Source of the DNA: a virus
Lineage: Duplodnaviria > Heunggongvirae > Uroviricota > Caudoviricetes
Reading direction: 5' to 3' (one strand)
Length of the DNA: 64,000 nt
Virus record (IMG/VR): IMGVR_UViG_3300035210_000151
In this document: positions 30,971 to 41,036 of the stretch, in pieces
Layout: each line of letters starts with the position of its first letter
Numbering within the stretch: position 1 is the stretch's first letter
Program-made: the position numbers and the translations under genes
Notes under the pieces: model-generated
Database searches by the model: none
Told to the model about the DNA's origin: nothing
The model's input: only the letters and a program-made list of their open reading frames with translations

Positions 30971-32425
30971 TTATTGAATTATCTTCACTGGTATTGTGTA
31001 GCCATCAGCGTTGTACACTCGTAAGTTACTTGGTTTCAAGTCTTCAAAGGATTCGACACCACAGGAGTGAGCAATACCAATAAGGTCTTTCATCATGTTC
31101 TTGTGGTAGTTGTAAACACGAACAGCTTTTATTTCTGGGTCAAGTCCCTTGGTGTAACGTCTATCATGCGTTGTAATACCAGTAGGGCATGTGCCTTTGC
31201 TGCATTTCATTGCTTGAATACAACCAAGAGAGAACAAGAAGCCACGAGCAGTACTCACTGAATCAGCACCCATTGCGTAAGCCCAAGCCGCTTCAATAGG
31301 CGTAATCATCTTACCACTCACAATCACTTTTATTTTGTCTCTTAATTTGTAGCGTTCTAGGGCATTAATCACGATAGGCATAGAGTCTTTCAATTCAAGC
31401 CCCATTGCCATCAAATGAGCCATTGGAGCAGCACCAGTACCACCTAAGCTGCTGTCGATGGTAATAAAGCTTGGGCAATAGAAATGACCTGTCACAGCAT
31501 CTTTCTCCATTTTCTCTTTAATCTTGTTTAACAACAAGCTGATATCTTCTGGATCGCCTACCACTAATTTGATACCTGTTGGTAGATTGGATTCTTTTTG
31601 AACCGTATAAATCAAGTCCACTAGATCACTGAGGTTGGTACCATCAACGTGAGCATTCGGGCTGATTGAGGCTTTGCCTTTTTCAATTCCACGAATTTCA
31701 GCAATTTCAGCCGTCACTTTTTCTGCAGGAAGAATACCACCTTTACCCGGCTTAGCACCTTGGCTGAGTTTTATCTCTATCATTTTTACATTGTCAATCA
31801 CACTTAAATCTTTCAATTTCTGGATGTTCAAGGTTTTGTCTGGATTACCAACGCCATACTTTGCGGTACCGATTTGAAACACGATATCTGCACCACCTTC
31901 GATGTGATGTGGTGATAATGCACCTTCACCTGTGTTCATCCAACCACCGGCCATTTTGATACCACTGCTTAATGCTAATACCGCTTCTTTTGATATAGCT
32001 CCATAACTCATACCAGAAATGTTAAATCTGGATTTGGAGATGTATGGATTCCCCATGTGTTCACCAAAGATCAAAGGTTTGTTTATGTGTACATCTTTCA
32101 TGTAAGGGAACATGGAATGTACGAAAACATGGTCACCCTCTTTACTTGGTTTTGTAGATCCAAATGAATAGTTTAAAGCATTGTTTTTTGAAGCTTTGTA
32201 CACATACTCTCTTTGACTTCTGTTGAAAGGAAGTTCTTCATGATCTTGGGTAATGATATACGGCCTGATGAAATGACCCCAGTGTTCGAACAACCAACGT
32301 CCACGGGCTAAAATAGGGAAGTTTCTTCTTAACGTATGCTTTGTTTGGAATTTGTCAACCATATACAGTATCACTAAACCAATCACCACTAAACACACAA
32401 TCCCTGCCAACACATTGCTTAACAT
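30971..32425 (-). CDS. FMN-binding glutamate synthase family protein (stand-alone, YerD-like)
   Basis: SGMSYGAIS, NTGEG, EIKLSQGAKPGKGG, Fe-S motif GCIQAMKCSKGTCPTGI; N-terminal TM. Confidence 0.9.
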   Translation of the reverse strand: MLSNVLAGIVCLVVIGLVILYMVDKFQTKHTLRRNFPILARGRWLFEHWGHFIRPYIITQDHEELPFNRSQREYVYKASKNNALNYSFGSTKPSKEGDHVFVHSMFPYMKDVHINKPLIFGEHMGNPYISKSRFNISGMSYGAISKEAVLALSSGIKMAGGWMNTGEGALSPHHIEGGADIVFQIGTAKYGVGNPDKTLNIQKLKDLSVIDNVKMIEIKLSQGAKPGKGGILPAEKVTAEIAEIRGIEKGKASISPNAHVDGTNLSDLVDLIYTVQKESNLPTGIKLVVGDPEDISLLLNKIKEKMEKDAVTGHFYCPSFITIDSSLGGTGAAPMAHLMAMGLELKDSMPIVINALERYKLRDKIKVIVSGKMITPIEAAWAYAMGADSVSTARGFLFSLGCIQAMKCSKGTCPTGITTHDRRYTKGLDPEIKAVRVYNYHKNMMKDLIGIAHSCGVESFEDLKPSNLRVYNADGYTIPVKIIQ

Positions 32426-32550
32426 TAATCTAATCTCCTTATAATGTAATTAGCTACATTCTAGTCCTGAAATATTTTATTTCAAATGGTATTCTATTTA
32501 TTTTTTTGATACCGCTTATCGAAATTTATCTAATTATTTCAAAACTATTA

Positions 32551-32595
32551 TAATGCGTATCTACCTCTTTTTTAAGGAATTATTTTTTGACGCCA
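32551..32595. repeat. conserved intergenic element, copy 1
   Basis: TAATGCGTA-N9-TTTTTAAG-N6-TTTTTTGACGCCA; second copy at 40914-40963. Confidence 0.55.
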
Positions 32596-32696
32596 TATTT
32601 TTAGAAATATTTTGAGAATTGAAAACTATTGACGGCACATTTCTGACATTGACTATTTGTGAAAATAGTGTATCATTTGCTTAACACGGAGAAACT

Positions 32697-32927
32697 ATGA
32701 AAAATATGGAAGAAGCCCAGTTTAAAAGGAAAATATCGCTATATGCTATTTTATTTTACATCACTGTTGCAGCCTTAACAGTATTATTAACTGTATCTGT
32801 CAATATATACAGCATAAATATCTTAACGGCTATCCCTTGTTATTTAATCTTATCAGCCATTGCTTATTATGGTCATACATTTTTTGCCAAGATGAGAAGT
32901 ATCATTTTCGTTAAAAGAAAATATTAA
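32697..32927 (+). CDS. small membrane protein (2 TM)
   Basis: GGAG RBS; hydrophobic. Confidence 0.7.
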   Translation: MKNMEEAQFKRKISLYAILFYITVAALTVLLTVSVNIYSINILTAIPCYLILSAIAYYGHTFFAKMRSIIFVKRKY

Positions 32928-32999
32928 CACTATCAATAGAACCACCTTGACTTGACTGCTTAAATTATTGTATACTCCAATCAATTTGGAGATCTAATT

Positions 33000-34007
33000 A
33001 TGAGCAGTTTGGCCCATTTTTGTAATCGTATTGGTATTGACAGCCATCTGTTACGAGTTATCAAAAAAGACAATATCCTTTATAACAAAAAAACCGCTGA
33101 ACCTCTTTCTGATTGGGTTATTTTTAATGCTGTCAACAATCCTATTCAAGACAGCTTAATTTTCCATAAATTTAGAGACGATGAAAACTTCTATACAGAG
33201 CCGTATTCATTCGTTGCTAATAATCTTCCGATTATGCCTAGAAATACAATCCATCAAAAGGCTACGAAAGAATCAACGTTCCAACGTCATAATAATCAAC
33301 ATTCAATCATTGTTGACAATCAGCCCTACTTTACGAATCTTTTTAATAAAGCGTGTGAAGGTGTTTCAGATTACAAAATGATTTATCCTTTTGAAGATTT
33401 TGGCAACTTTTCGTTTAGTATTGATTTCAGGTCAGAAGTGCTTACACTAAAACGCATTTCAACCAGTTTGGTCAATCGCTCAAATTTGGATGTGCTAGAT
33501 GCAGATAATTACAGTTATGCAGCTCGTTTGAATTTATATCATGGGGCTAATCAAAAAATGCATTTTTCTCCCCACTACATTACAGACTTTTCAGATGACA
33601 TTAATCGTAAGTTAATGGTTATTAATCATGCTGTTTATGATTTATGGCAAGATTTATCTGATGTACCGGGATTTTTGAAATCGAGTATTTATTCATTTCC
33701 AAATGCTACGCATAAATTAAAAGGTCATTACTTTACTATTACTGACACTGGATCTGGTTTGGATATGAACTTGGATAGCTTTTTCAAATTCACCATCAAT
33801 TTTGAAGCTTCCATGAAGCTAGCAAAACAATTCATCAAACGATATAATAATTATAACGATCCCATTGCGTTACATGTGATGAAGATGCTTAATATTATTA
33901 ATCCAGTTTCTCTTGATTTAATGATGGCACAAGATCTTTATGACTTCTATAATGACATTGAAGCTTTTGAAAATTATATTAAAGTATTTGAAATGACCAC
34001 TATTTAG
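33000..34007 (+). CDS. hypothetical protein, MxxI C-terminal motif
   Basis: Ends YIKVFEMTTI. Confidence 0.8.
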   Translation: MSSLAHFCNRIGIDSHLLRVIKKDNILYNKKTAEPLSDWVIFNAVNNPIQDSLIFHKFRDDENFYTEPYSFVANNLPIMPRNTIHQKATKESTFQRHNNQHSIIVDNQPYFTNLFNKACEGVSDYKMIYPFEDFGNFSFSIDFRSEVLTLKRISTSLVNRSNLDVLDADNYSYAARLNLYHGANQKMHFSPHYITDFSDDINRKLMVINHAVYDLWQDLSDVPGFLKSSIYSFPNATHKLKGHYFTITDTGSGLDMNLDSFFKFTINFEASMKLAKQFIKRYNNYNDPIALHVMKMLNIINPVSLDLMMAQDLYDFYNDIEAFENYIKVFEMTTI

Positions 34008-34019
34008 GAGTTCGCAATA

Positions 34020-34868
34020 ATGTTTGTTATGGAATACCGAAAGCCATTAAGTGAACTGGGACAAGACAGTCGAAAGCTTTGGCTTGAAAAAGATATTGCT
34101 GCCTCGCCATCATTTTTGGTCAATGACCTCTTGAAAATTTTTAATCATCATGATATTACACCTTTCTTTTCAAGATCAACAGGAGTTTCTTTCAAATATT
34201 CAGACAGTGATACATTTCTTATCAGAGATGTAGGACAATTTAATACCTTAACTAAAAAATTGTTAGATCCTCACTTTAAATATGGTATTCGTGATTCGCT
34301 GAATAAGTTGACTCCAAAACTTATGAATATTGATAATTTTCTGAAGCCTGATATGATTTCAGGTTTTTATGACATGTTGTTTGATCGTAGTCGCTATTAT
34401 AAAACAGTAGTGGTTAATCTTAATCCAGCCGCTACAACCATTCATGACATTGACTTTCTGGATATTTATTATGACAGTCATTACAGTTTATTTCCGTCAG
34501 CAAATAAGCCATTTTCTAAAAAAGGACCAACTTATACAAATAGAATAGGTGTTTGGTTTAGAATTTATCTTAAACCAGAAGCATGCAGTTTTTCTGTCCA
34601 TAAAGAAAACATTAACTGTATGGCTCAGCATCCGCTAGATGAAACGGTTCGTGAAGATATTAAACTAACAGACTTGAACAAAAAAAAGACCAGTCAGTAT
34701 TTTGTAAACAGTATTGAATATCATTTTAAATTTCATTATGATGATTTTGATTCAGCACTTATTTTGTATTTGGATTCAAAAAGGGATGAACTATCAAAAA
34801 AACTAGGCTATGAGGTCACAGTTGTTGATCGTCATATGCTTGACCTTATCAATATGACGCTTATTTAA
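34020..34868 (+). CDS. hypothetical protein, MxxI motif; triplet family with next two genes
   Basis: MFxxxYR, WLxxD, RD, LGY; ends LDLINMTLI. Confidence 0.8.
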   Translation: MFVMEYRKPLSELGQDSRKLWLEKDIAASPSFLVNDLLKIFNHHDITPFFSRSTGVSFKYSDSDTFLIRDVGQFNTLTKKLLDPHFKYGIRDSLNKLTPKLMNIDNFLKPDMISGFYDMLFDRSRYYKTVVVNLNPAATTIHDIDFLDIYYDSHYSLFPSANKPFSKKGPTYTNRIGVWFRIYLKPEACSFSVHKENINCMAQHPLDETVREDIKLTDLNKKKTSQYFVNSIEYHFKFHYDDFDSALILYLDSKRDELSKKLGYEVTVVDRHMLDLINMTLI

Positions 34869-34886
34869 AAATGGAGTTAACTTAAA

Positions 34887-35768
34887 ATGTTTGTTAAACC
34901 TTACCGATCTCACGTAACACAAATGAATGGAATGACTCCAAAACTTTGGTTGGAACGTGATCTTAATATGGCTCCACCTAAACTGGTAACGTCATTAAGA
35001 GAGCATTACAGTCGTTTTAATAGTGATCTCCTTCCGGTTTTGAATACAGCAACCAGTGTTTCTTTTCAGTATGCTGATTCTAATGAATATATTGTTAGAG
35101 ATCTTGGTTACGCCAGTATTATTATGAAATCTTTGCTAGATTTAAAGATTACGGGTGGATTTAATAATAAAATAGATTCAATAGTCAATAAGCTGTCACG
35201 TATTGATAAATTTATAGGTGTTAATAAGGGTGGGTTATTTTACCAAATATTAAGTCGTCAAACCTATGTTCGATCAATTGTTGTTGGTTTAAAAAATGGT
35301 GCTGATTGCATTAGTGATATTGAATACGTTGAACTTTGTTATGATAACAAACCAAATATCATTCCTTTTAATAAGCCCATTGCAAAGAAATTTCCAGTAA
35401 GAACTAAACGAACAGGTGTTAAACTTAAACTTGAAGACAATAATGTTGAGAATACTAAAGTTTATAGAACAGGGGTTAAAATACGACTTTATCTGGAACC
35501 CACAATAGCGAGCTATATAGTTAAAAAAGAAAGTGTTAATTGTATTGAAGACATTACATATTTTGACAGTAGAAATCCGGCACAAATGAGTGATTATCTT
35601 TTGGACAGTACAGAACATCATTTAAATGTTTATCATAAAGATGTTGATGATGAATTAGTTTTAGCTTTTCTTGAAGTGAATAAAGAACGATTAAGTCAGA
35701 AGTTTGGTTACACTGTTACACATATAGATAAATCTATTCTTGATATTATTGAGATGGCAATTTTTTAA
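34887..35768 (+). CDS. hypothetical protein, MxxI-type motif; triplet family
   Basis: Ends LDIIEMAIF; internal RTGVK duplication. Confidence 0.8.
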   Translation: MFVKPYRSHVTQMNGMTPKLWLERDLNMAPPKLVTSLREHYSRFNSDLLPVLNTATSVSFQYADSNEYIVRDLGYASIIMKSLLDLKITGGFNNKIDSIVNKLSRIDKFIGVNKGGLFYQILSRQTYVRSIVVGLKNGADCISDIEYVELCYDNKPNIIPFNKPIAKKFPVRTKRTGVKLKLEDNNVENTKVYRTGVKIRLYLEPTIASYIVKKESVNCIEDITYFDSRNPAQMSDYLLDSTEHHLNVYHKDVDDELVLAFLEVNKERLSQKFGYTVTHIDKSILDIIEMAIF

Positions 35769-35830
35769 AGATTGTTTTATTTTGACTTATGTGCTATTAT
35801 TGAGAACGGATAAATTGGGAGCTTAGTAGT

Positions 35831-36691
35831 ATGTTTTTAAAACCTTATCGTCATCTATTGCTAGATGAATCAATTAAAAGTCATGAAGCTTGGTTGCTTA
35901 AAGATATGGATGCAGCTCCACAGAATCTATTACAATCTTTTATCACCCATGTAGAAGCAATCCCTTCAGATACCATAAAATATTTTGTTCGACCTGCTTT
36001 AAAACAAATGGTGAGTGGCAAGAAACCTACTGACATCTCTTTGCAGTTTTCTGGAAATCACGACTTTATTTTACGTGATTTGGCTTTTGGTGAAACTATT
36101 GTCAAATCGCTTTTATCTAAACATATAGACAAAGAAATTAATGAGTATATCAATATTTTTTTTGATAAACTAAATAATGTTGATTATTTTTTAAATGGCA
36201 CGTATAATCGTGATTTTAATAAAAATAACATGCATTATCATAAATCATTTGTTGTGGGACTTAATCAAAAAGCTACTAGTATTGATGATATAGAATATAT
36301 TGATGTCTTTTTTGATAGTAAACACGATGCAATTCCAACCAGTAAAAAATTAAATCTATGTCCAGAATGTGTTAGTCGAAAAGGTATTGCATTGCGGTTT
36401 AATTTAAAATTAACACCATCATCATTTAGAACTAATGAAGAAACTGTTAACTGTAGTTCAGTGGGTGATGGATCTCAATACAACACTATTACTGATTGTT
36501 CTGGTGCTTTTCATAGCACTTATATTCTCAACAGTACAGAATATTATTTTGATATGTATATTAACGATATTGATAATGTCATGATTAGCTACCTTGAAAC
36601 TCATAAAGATGTATTGGCTCAGCGACTAGGTTATATTCCTGATGCTATTGATAAAGATATATTAAAAGTTATTGATATGGTTGTTATTTAA
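35831..36691 (+). CDS. hypothetical protein, MxxI motif; triplet family
   Basis: Ends LKVIDMVVI. Confidence 0.8.
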   Translation: MFLKPYRHLLLDESIKSHEAWLLKDMDAAPQNLLQSFITHVEAIPSDTIKYFVRPALKQMVSGKKPTDISLQFSGNHDFILRDLAFGETIVKSLLSKHIDKEINEYINIFFDKLNNVDYFLNGTYNRDFNKNNMHYHKSFVVGLNQKATSIDDIEYIDVFFDSKHDAIPTSKKLNLCPECVSRKGIALRFNLKLTPSSFRTNEETVNCSSVGDGSQYNTITDCSGAFHSTYILNSTEYYFDMYINDIDNVMISYLETHKDVLAQRLGYIPDAIDKDILKVIDMVVI

Positions 36692-36699
36692 GGATTATT

Positions 36700-37689
36700 A
36701 TGAATCAGATTGAAAAAGAATTATTATTACAATTATTAAATATTGATGAAAAGAATATCAACTACTATTTAAAAAACAACAATGTTTCTCATATGGATAC
36801 AGGTATAGTCGATCTGAGTTTTCTTTTGTATTCTTGTTTGAAATCAGGTTTAACGGATGTTCAGATTGTTTATAATCAAACTACTGATGTTGTAAGTTTT
36901 AAATCATATCTCCGTTCCATAGAAAATATTGATTTTGACCGTTACGAAATTATCAAAAAAGATTTACATCTTTTTTATAAGGGCATTTCTTATGTCATTA
37001 AGGATGCTGGGTTGTATCTTTTTGATGAGCCTACTTATTTACAAATGTCATTGAATGAAAATAACTCAGGACTTCATACAGCTACTTATAGAACTAATAA
37101 ATATATGACTAATGTTGGCCCATCACTTATGTATCGTTTGGTTTATATTGGGTATCCAAAAATAGGTGGATATGTTGATGATGAATTTGATTTCCAGTAT
37201 GAGCATTCTTTTGACGCCCTTGAAGAACTCGATGAAAAAAACTATTTTGTAACAGACGCTCAATTAGATCATAATTTCAAGATCACATCAAAGTATTTAA
37301 CACAAAAGAATTCTAAGAAACTTGATAAAAAATTAAATATTTACAAAGATAGTTTATCTTTAATTACGAAAGGTTCTAAAATCAATGAATATTATTCTCC
37401 AACTAAAAGTAGGATTACTTTTTTCATTAATGAAGATAACGAATTAGATTTCGATCTAAATATGCAATTTAATCATAATCTATATAGCTATTCTGCTTTA
37501 GAGCAAATAGACAAAATTATTAACTACAAGAAACATTTTGAATCGAATTTTTTTATCCATTTTCTATCGTCTTTTGAATCAATTTTTATAGAGTATTTTA
37601 AGAAAAATGATTTTCTTATAGATGTGAGTATTAATTGTGTTGACGATTTATTAAATTATAGAAATTTGATGGGAATGGCTAAAATTTGA
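36700..37689 (+). CDS. hypothetical protein, MxxI motif
   Basis: Ends YRNLMGMAKI. Confidence 0.8.
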   Translation: MNQIEKELLLQLLNIDEKNINYYLKNNNVSHMDTGIVDLSFLLYSCLKSGLTDVQIVYNQTTDVVSFKSYLRSIENIDFDRYEIIKKDLHLFYKGISYVIKDAGLYLFDEPTYLQMSLNENNSGLHTATYRTNKYMTNVGPSLMYRLVYIGYPKIGGYVDDEFDFQYEHSFDALEELDEKNYFVTDAQLDHNFKITSKYLTQKNSKKLDKKLNIYKDSLSLITKGSKINEYYSPTKSRITFFINEDNELDFDLNMQFNHNLYSYSALEQIDKIINYKKHFESNFFIHFLSSFESIFIEYFKKNDFLIDVSINCVDDLLNYRNLMGMAKI

Positions 37690-37786
37690 TTTGAATTCCA
37701 TATTAATATTATTTATGTAGGTTGTTAACTTCTTTTCTTTTGATTAAATTATGCTAAATTACTAGTTAATAACAAAAAATAATGTA

Positions 37787-38575
37787 ATGAAAGCTAAAGT
37801 TGATTTAGATATAGAAGTAAAAAAATATTTCATTATTTTTTTTGAACAGCATTTCTCAATAACGCCCATTTATAAACGTATTGATAAAGAAAATGCTTCA
37901 TTTGAAATCGTTGTGGATAATAATAGTGAACTTTTCATTGTGAAGTATGCAAGCCTATTTGCACAAAAATCAGCTTTACAAATACGTTCGACAGCAAATC
38001 CTGCTTTTCTTGAAAAAGTGTTCAATCTATTATTTGACAATGAACAGATTAATTATAAGCAACGATTATTATTTATCCTTGATAGTATTAATGATGTAAA
38101 TGCTAAATTTAAGTTCTTCAGTCAAATTGATTTAGACAGCACACCATTTTTTTCGTTTAAGTCTTCAATAGATAAAAAAGATAACAGGCTTTATTATAGT
38201 TTGTGTACTAAACGATATTTTAGAATGCAGGTTAATAGTAATTTATATAACGTCACTGAACGAAGTGCTCACTTTTTAACAGGACGGTTTGATTTAGATT
38301 TAAATGTTAAAAACACTCAGATTGAATTTAGATGCCAACTTACTTCAAGTAGTTTAGACGAATATGCGGTTGATAGTGTAATTATGATTACAGTTGCATT
38401 GGACAAATTCGAAAAATCAGTTAAAAGATGTAAGAAGCAAATGATATCTCTTATACTGGATGAGTGTTTTGCTGATATTGTTGCTGACCATGATATCTCA
38501 TTAAAAAAATTGCAGGCCATGTCAGAAGAAGAAATTAAACCTTATGCTGATTTGGTTTATATGTCGAGGATTTAA
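37787..38575 (+). CDS. hypothetical protein, MxxI motif
   Basis: Ends YADLVYMSRI. Confidence 0.8.
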   Translation: MKAKVDLDIEVKKYFIIFFEQHFSITPIYKRIDKENASFEIVVDNNSELFIVKYASLFAQKSALQIRSTANPAFLEKVFNLLFDNEQINYKQRLLFILDSINDVNAKFKFFSQIDLDSTPFFSFKSSIDKKDNRLYYSLCTKRYFRMQVNSNLYNVTERSAHFLTGRFDLDLNVKNTQIEFRCQLTSSSLDEYAVDSVIMITVALDKFEKSVKRCKKQMISLILDECFADIVADHDISLKKLQAMSEEEIKPYADLVYMSRI

Positions 38576-38577
38576 AT

Positions 38578-39366
38578 ATGAAACAATTCTTAAATTTAGA
38601 ATTTCCAAAGATTGGTTTACTCAGCCATATCATGCCACAGTTAAAAGATTATAGACTGGATGAAGAACGTTCGTTTTATGATATTGTACCGAACCGTTTT
38701 AAAGGTAATATTAGACGTTCTTTTCTGAGAATTCATAAAGAAACTCATTACGTCTCTTTCCTTGGCTCAAACCTAGCAGATAAGCTCTTTCTTTTGTCAT
38801 CACTAGATTACCTTCCACTTGATAACAACTATATCTTGGAAATGTTTAATATCATCTATACAGCAGCCGAAAAATATAAAATCTATGACCCACGCAAGAA
38901 CAAGAGTCATCAGAAAAATATATTAAATAGGTTGAACAATAAAAACAAGCTTGAATTTACATCTCGTTTCAAAACTCATTTTGATGTTATTGGCATGTTG
39001 TCGAGTAAAAGAAAATATCGAGATCTTGTGATGAGTAGACAATATCTATTTAACGAACAATGCCAATTAACAGAAGTTTATTTATTCCAATTACCTATTC
39101 CATACCCCGATTCTAATGAGACACTTTTCAATGTAATGATTACGCAATTAAATGGAGTGTGGCATATCAATTGTGAACAAATTAAGCAAAGTCCCGATGG
39201 TTACATTGGCGTTGATTATTGTTTTTCTGATTTAGAATCCTTTTCTTTTTTGATTAACAATGAATTTGCTACTCATTATAAATCAGTGATTAAACATAAC
39301 CTTGATATAGACACTGATGTGCTTAATGAAGATTATGTTTCACTTTTGAGAATGATGGTAATTTAA
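38578..39366 (+). CDS. hypothetical protein, MxxI motif; paralog of 43394-44194
   Basis: PNRFKGN; ends NEDYVSLLRMMVI. Confidence 0.8.
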   Translation: MKQFLNLEFPKIGLLSHIMPQLKDYRLDEERSFYDIVPNRFKGNIRRSFLRIHKETHYVSFLGSNLADKLFLLSSLDYLPLDNNYILEMFNIIYTAAEKYKIYDPRKNKSHQKNILNRLNNKNKLEFTSRFKTHFDVIGMLSSKRKYRDLVMSRQYLFNEQCQLTEVYLFQLPIPYPDSNETLFNVMITQLNGVWHINCEQIKQSPDGYIGVDYCFSDLESFSFLINNEFATHYKSVIKHNLDIDTDVLNEDYVSLLRMMVI

Positions 39367-39370
39367 AGAA

Positions 39371-39583
39371 CTACCACCGAAGTTTTTGTTCTTTTTTAGA
39401 TCTTGCGTAGAAAAATGGTGTCCAAATAAGAAGTAATACACCTAGAAAAGACATTTTGAAGGCTGCAATCCAATCAAAACGAAATCCATTATATTTGGAA
39501 TCAATCCAAGAGCATATAAAGCCTGCACTCAGACCAATTAAAAACCAACAAAGCAGAAATAAACCTATTATGGCAAATGTCAT
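39371..39583 (-). CDS. small membrane protein
   Basis: 70 aa, two hydrophobic segments, operonic. Confidence 0.7.
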   Translation of the reverse strand: MTFAIIGLFLLCWFLIGLSAGFICSWIDSKYNGFRFDWIAAFKMSFLGVLLLIWTPFFYARSKKEQKLRW

Positions 39584-39585
39584 AA

Positions 39586-39828
39586 TTAAGCCCTCTTACG
39601 TTTAGCCACACGTTCTGCAGCCCAATAACCACGGCTCCAGTATTTACGCTTGGTTTTTTCATTATCACAAGCATAGGATGGGGTTGGACTGAGTGGATAA
39701 GGTGTCATGCTGAAATTAGCACCTTGCATGTGATCAACATAGCCTTCAACAAAGTAACGAAGACGATTTTTGATGGCATGTTGATATTTCAGTGATTTGT
39801 ATTTGGACAGACGTTTTTGAATAGTCAT
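39586..39828 (-). CDS. small basic hypothetical protein
   Basis: AAGGA RBS before ATG at 39828; PY...WxRGY pattern. Confidence 0.65.
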   Translation of the reverse strand: MTIQKRLSKYKSLKYQHAIKNRLRYFVEGYVDHMQGANFSMTPYPLSPTPSYACDNEKTKRKYWSRGYWAAERVAKRKRA

Positions 39829-39839
39829 AATAAGTTCCT

Positions 39840-40193
39840 TTAGTCTCGTAGGATGGAGTAGCAAATAAACATTGTCGTTAATTCTATAATGTCTTTTTCA
39901 AATTCTTTACACGTTAACTTCAAATTAAGAGCAGTTTGTCGTTCAAGATCCATTGTAGATAATTCAACACCAGAAAAATTAAAGAACTCCATTGCGTCTG
40001 TCATGTGTGCTAATACTTTGGATGGATTTTCATGTTCAATGCGTTCTTCAAACTCATAAAGTCCCTTTTTAATTAGAAACTCAACATACTCGTTTTCCGT
40101 ATATTTATAGCTAGCACAACCGTTGTTGATGAGTCTCACCAAGTGTTCGTTTGTTTTATATTTTAAAGTGTTCTTCTTGGCTGCATTTGTCAT
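39840..40193 (-). CDS. hypothetical protein
   Basis: 117 aa; first gene of a 3-gene minus-strand unit. Confidence 0.7.
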   Translation of the reverse strand: MTNAAKKNTLKYKTNEHLVRLINNGCASYKYTENEYVEFLIKKGLYEFEERIEHENPSKVLAHMTDAMEFFNFSGVELSTMDLERQTALNLKLTCKEFEKDIIELTTMFICYSILRD

Positions 40194-40265
40194 AATTAAT
40201 GATCTCTAAACAATGTAGCTATTATAGCATCAATGGCGGAAAAATGGAACTGTTTTTTCAGTATT

Positions 40266-40838
40266 TCAAATCAATGCCATTTTTAATACTTTGTCATCTA
40301 TTTCTACGTTTTCTTTTATATCTGTAATAAATCTATGAAATTCTTTTAAATCACTAAAAATATAAAACCGTTGTTGTTCTTCATTGTTTTTTAATACTTT
40401 GTTTAATTGTAGCTTTCCATCATCCATCAATTTAAATAATACAAAAAAATCAGCTTCGACTTGAATGGTGTAAGTATCTTTTGTCAAGTTTACTGAATAG
40501 TTATTTAATTTTCCATAATAGGTAGTGTCTATATTGAGTTTAATCATCTCTAAGAATATATCATGTTTCCTATTTTGAACTTCCTTATAAATATTATCAT
40601 TTAATACTTCAATGTAATCTATAAGTTTTGAATCTCTGTTTTTATTTTCAATTCGATCCGCTATCAGTTTTCTTTTAATTGTTTCTAATTTAAAATCTTC
40701 AAATTCATAATCATAGTCTACCAAACCCATGCTCAACGATAATGAATTGAATTCAATCCCTAAATCTAGATTGGGTATCATTATATATTTTAATGATATA
40801 AATGTATTGTATTTACGACATTGATTTAAAAAATTCAT
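40266..40838 (-). CDS. hypothetical protein, MxxI motif
   Basis: Ends DDKVLKMALI. Confidence 0.75.
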   Translation of the reverse strand: MNFLNQCRKYNTFISLKYIMIPNLDLGIEFNSLSLSMGLVDYDYEFEDFKLETIKRKLIADRIENKNRDSKLIDYIEVLNDNIYKEVQNRKHDIFLEMIKLNIDTTYYGKLNNYSVNLTKDTYTIQVEADFFVLFKLMDDGKLQLNKVLKNNEEQQRFYIFSDLKEFHRFITDIKENVEIDDKVLKMALI

Positions 40839-40913
40839 TTATTTCCCCGTCAATTAATCGCCTTATAATAACAGAAAATTATCAAAATGACAATTGTTTT
40901 TATTTTTTCCCAT

Positions 40914-40963
40914 TAATGCGTAGTTTTATTATTTTTAAGTCTTACGATTGTTTTTTGACGCCA
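40914..40963. repeat. conserved intergenic element, copy 2
   Basis: TAATGCGTA-N9-TTTTTAAG-N11-TTTTTTGACGCCA. Confidence 0.55.
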
Positions 40964-41036
40964 AATAATACATTGACAAAATTCAACACCCATGTAATAT
41001 TTAATTATAATATAATATAAAAAAAGAAGATTAATC

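Noticed and set aside
32551-32595. Intergenic element as a XerCD dif site or sigma54 promoter
   Set aside because: Does not match the 11-6-11 dif layout or TGGCAC-N5-TTGC spacing.
40802-41020. 72-aa ORF across the intergenic region
   Set aside because: No RBS, low-complexity AT-rich translation, overlaps divergent promoters.
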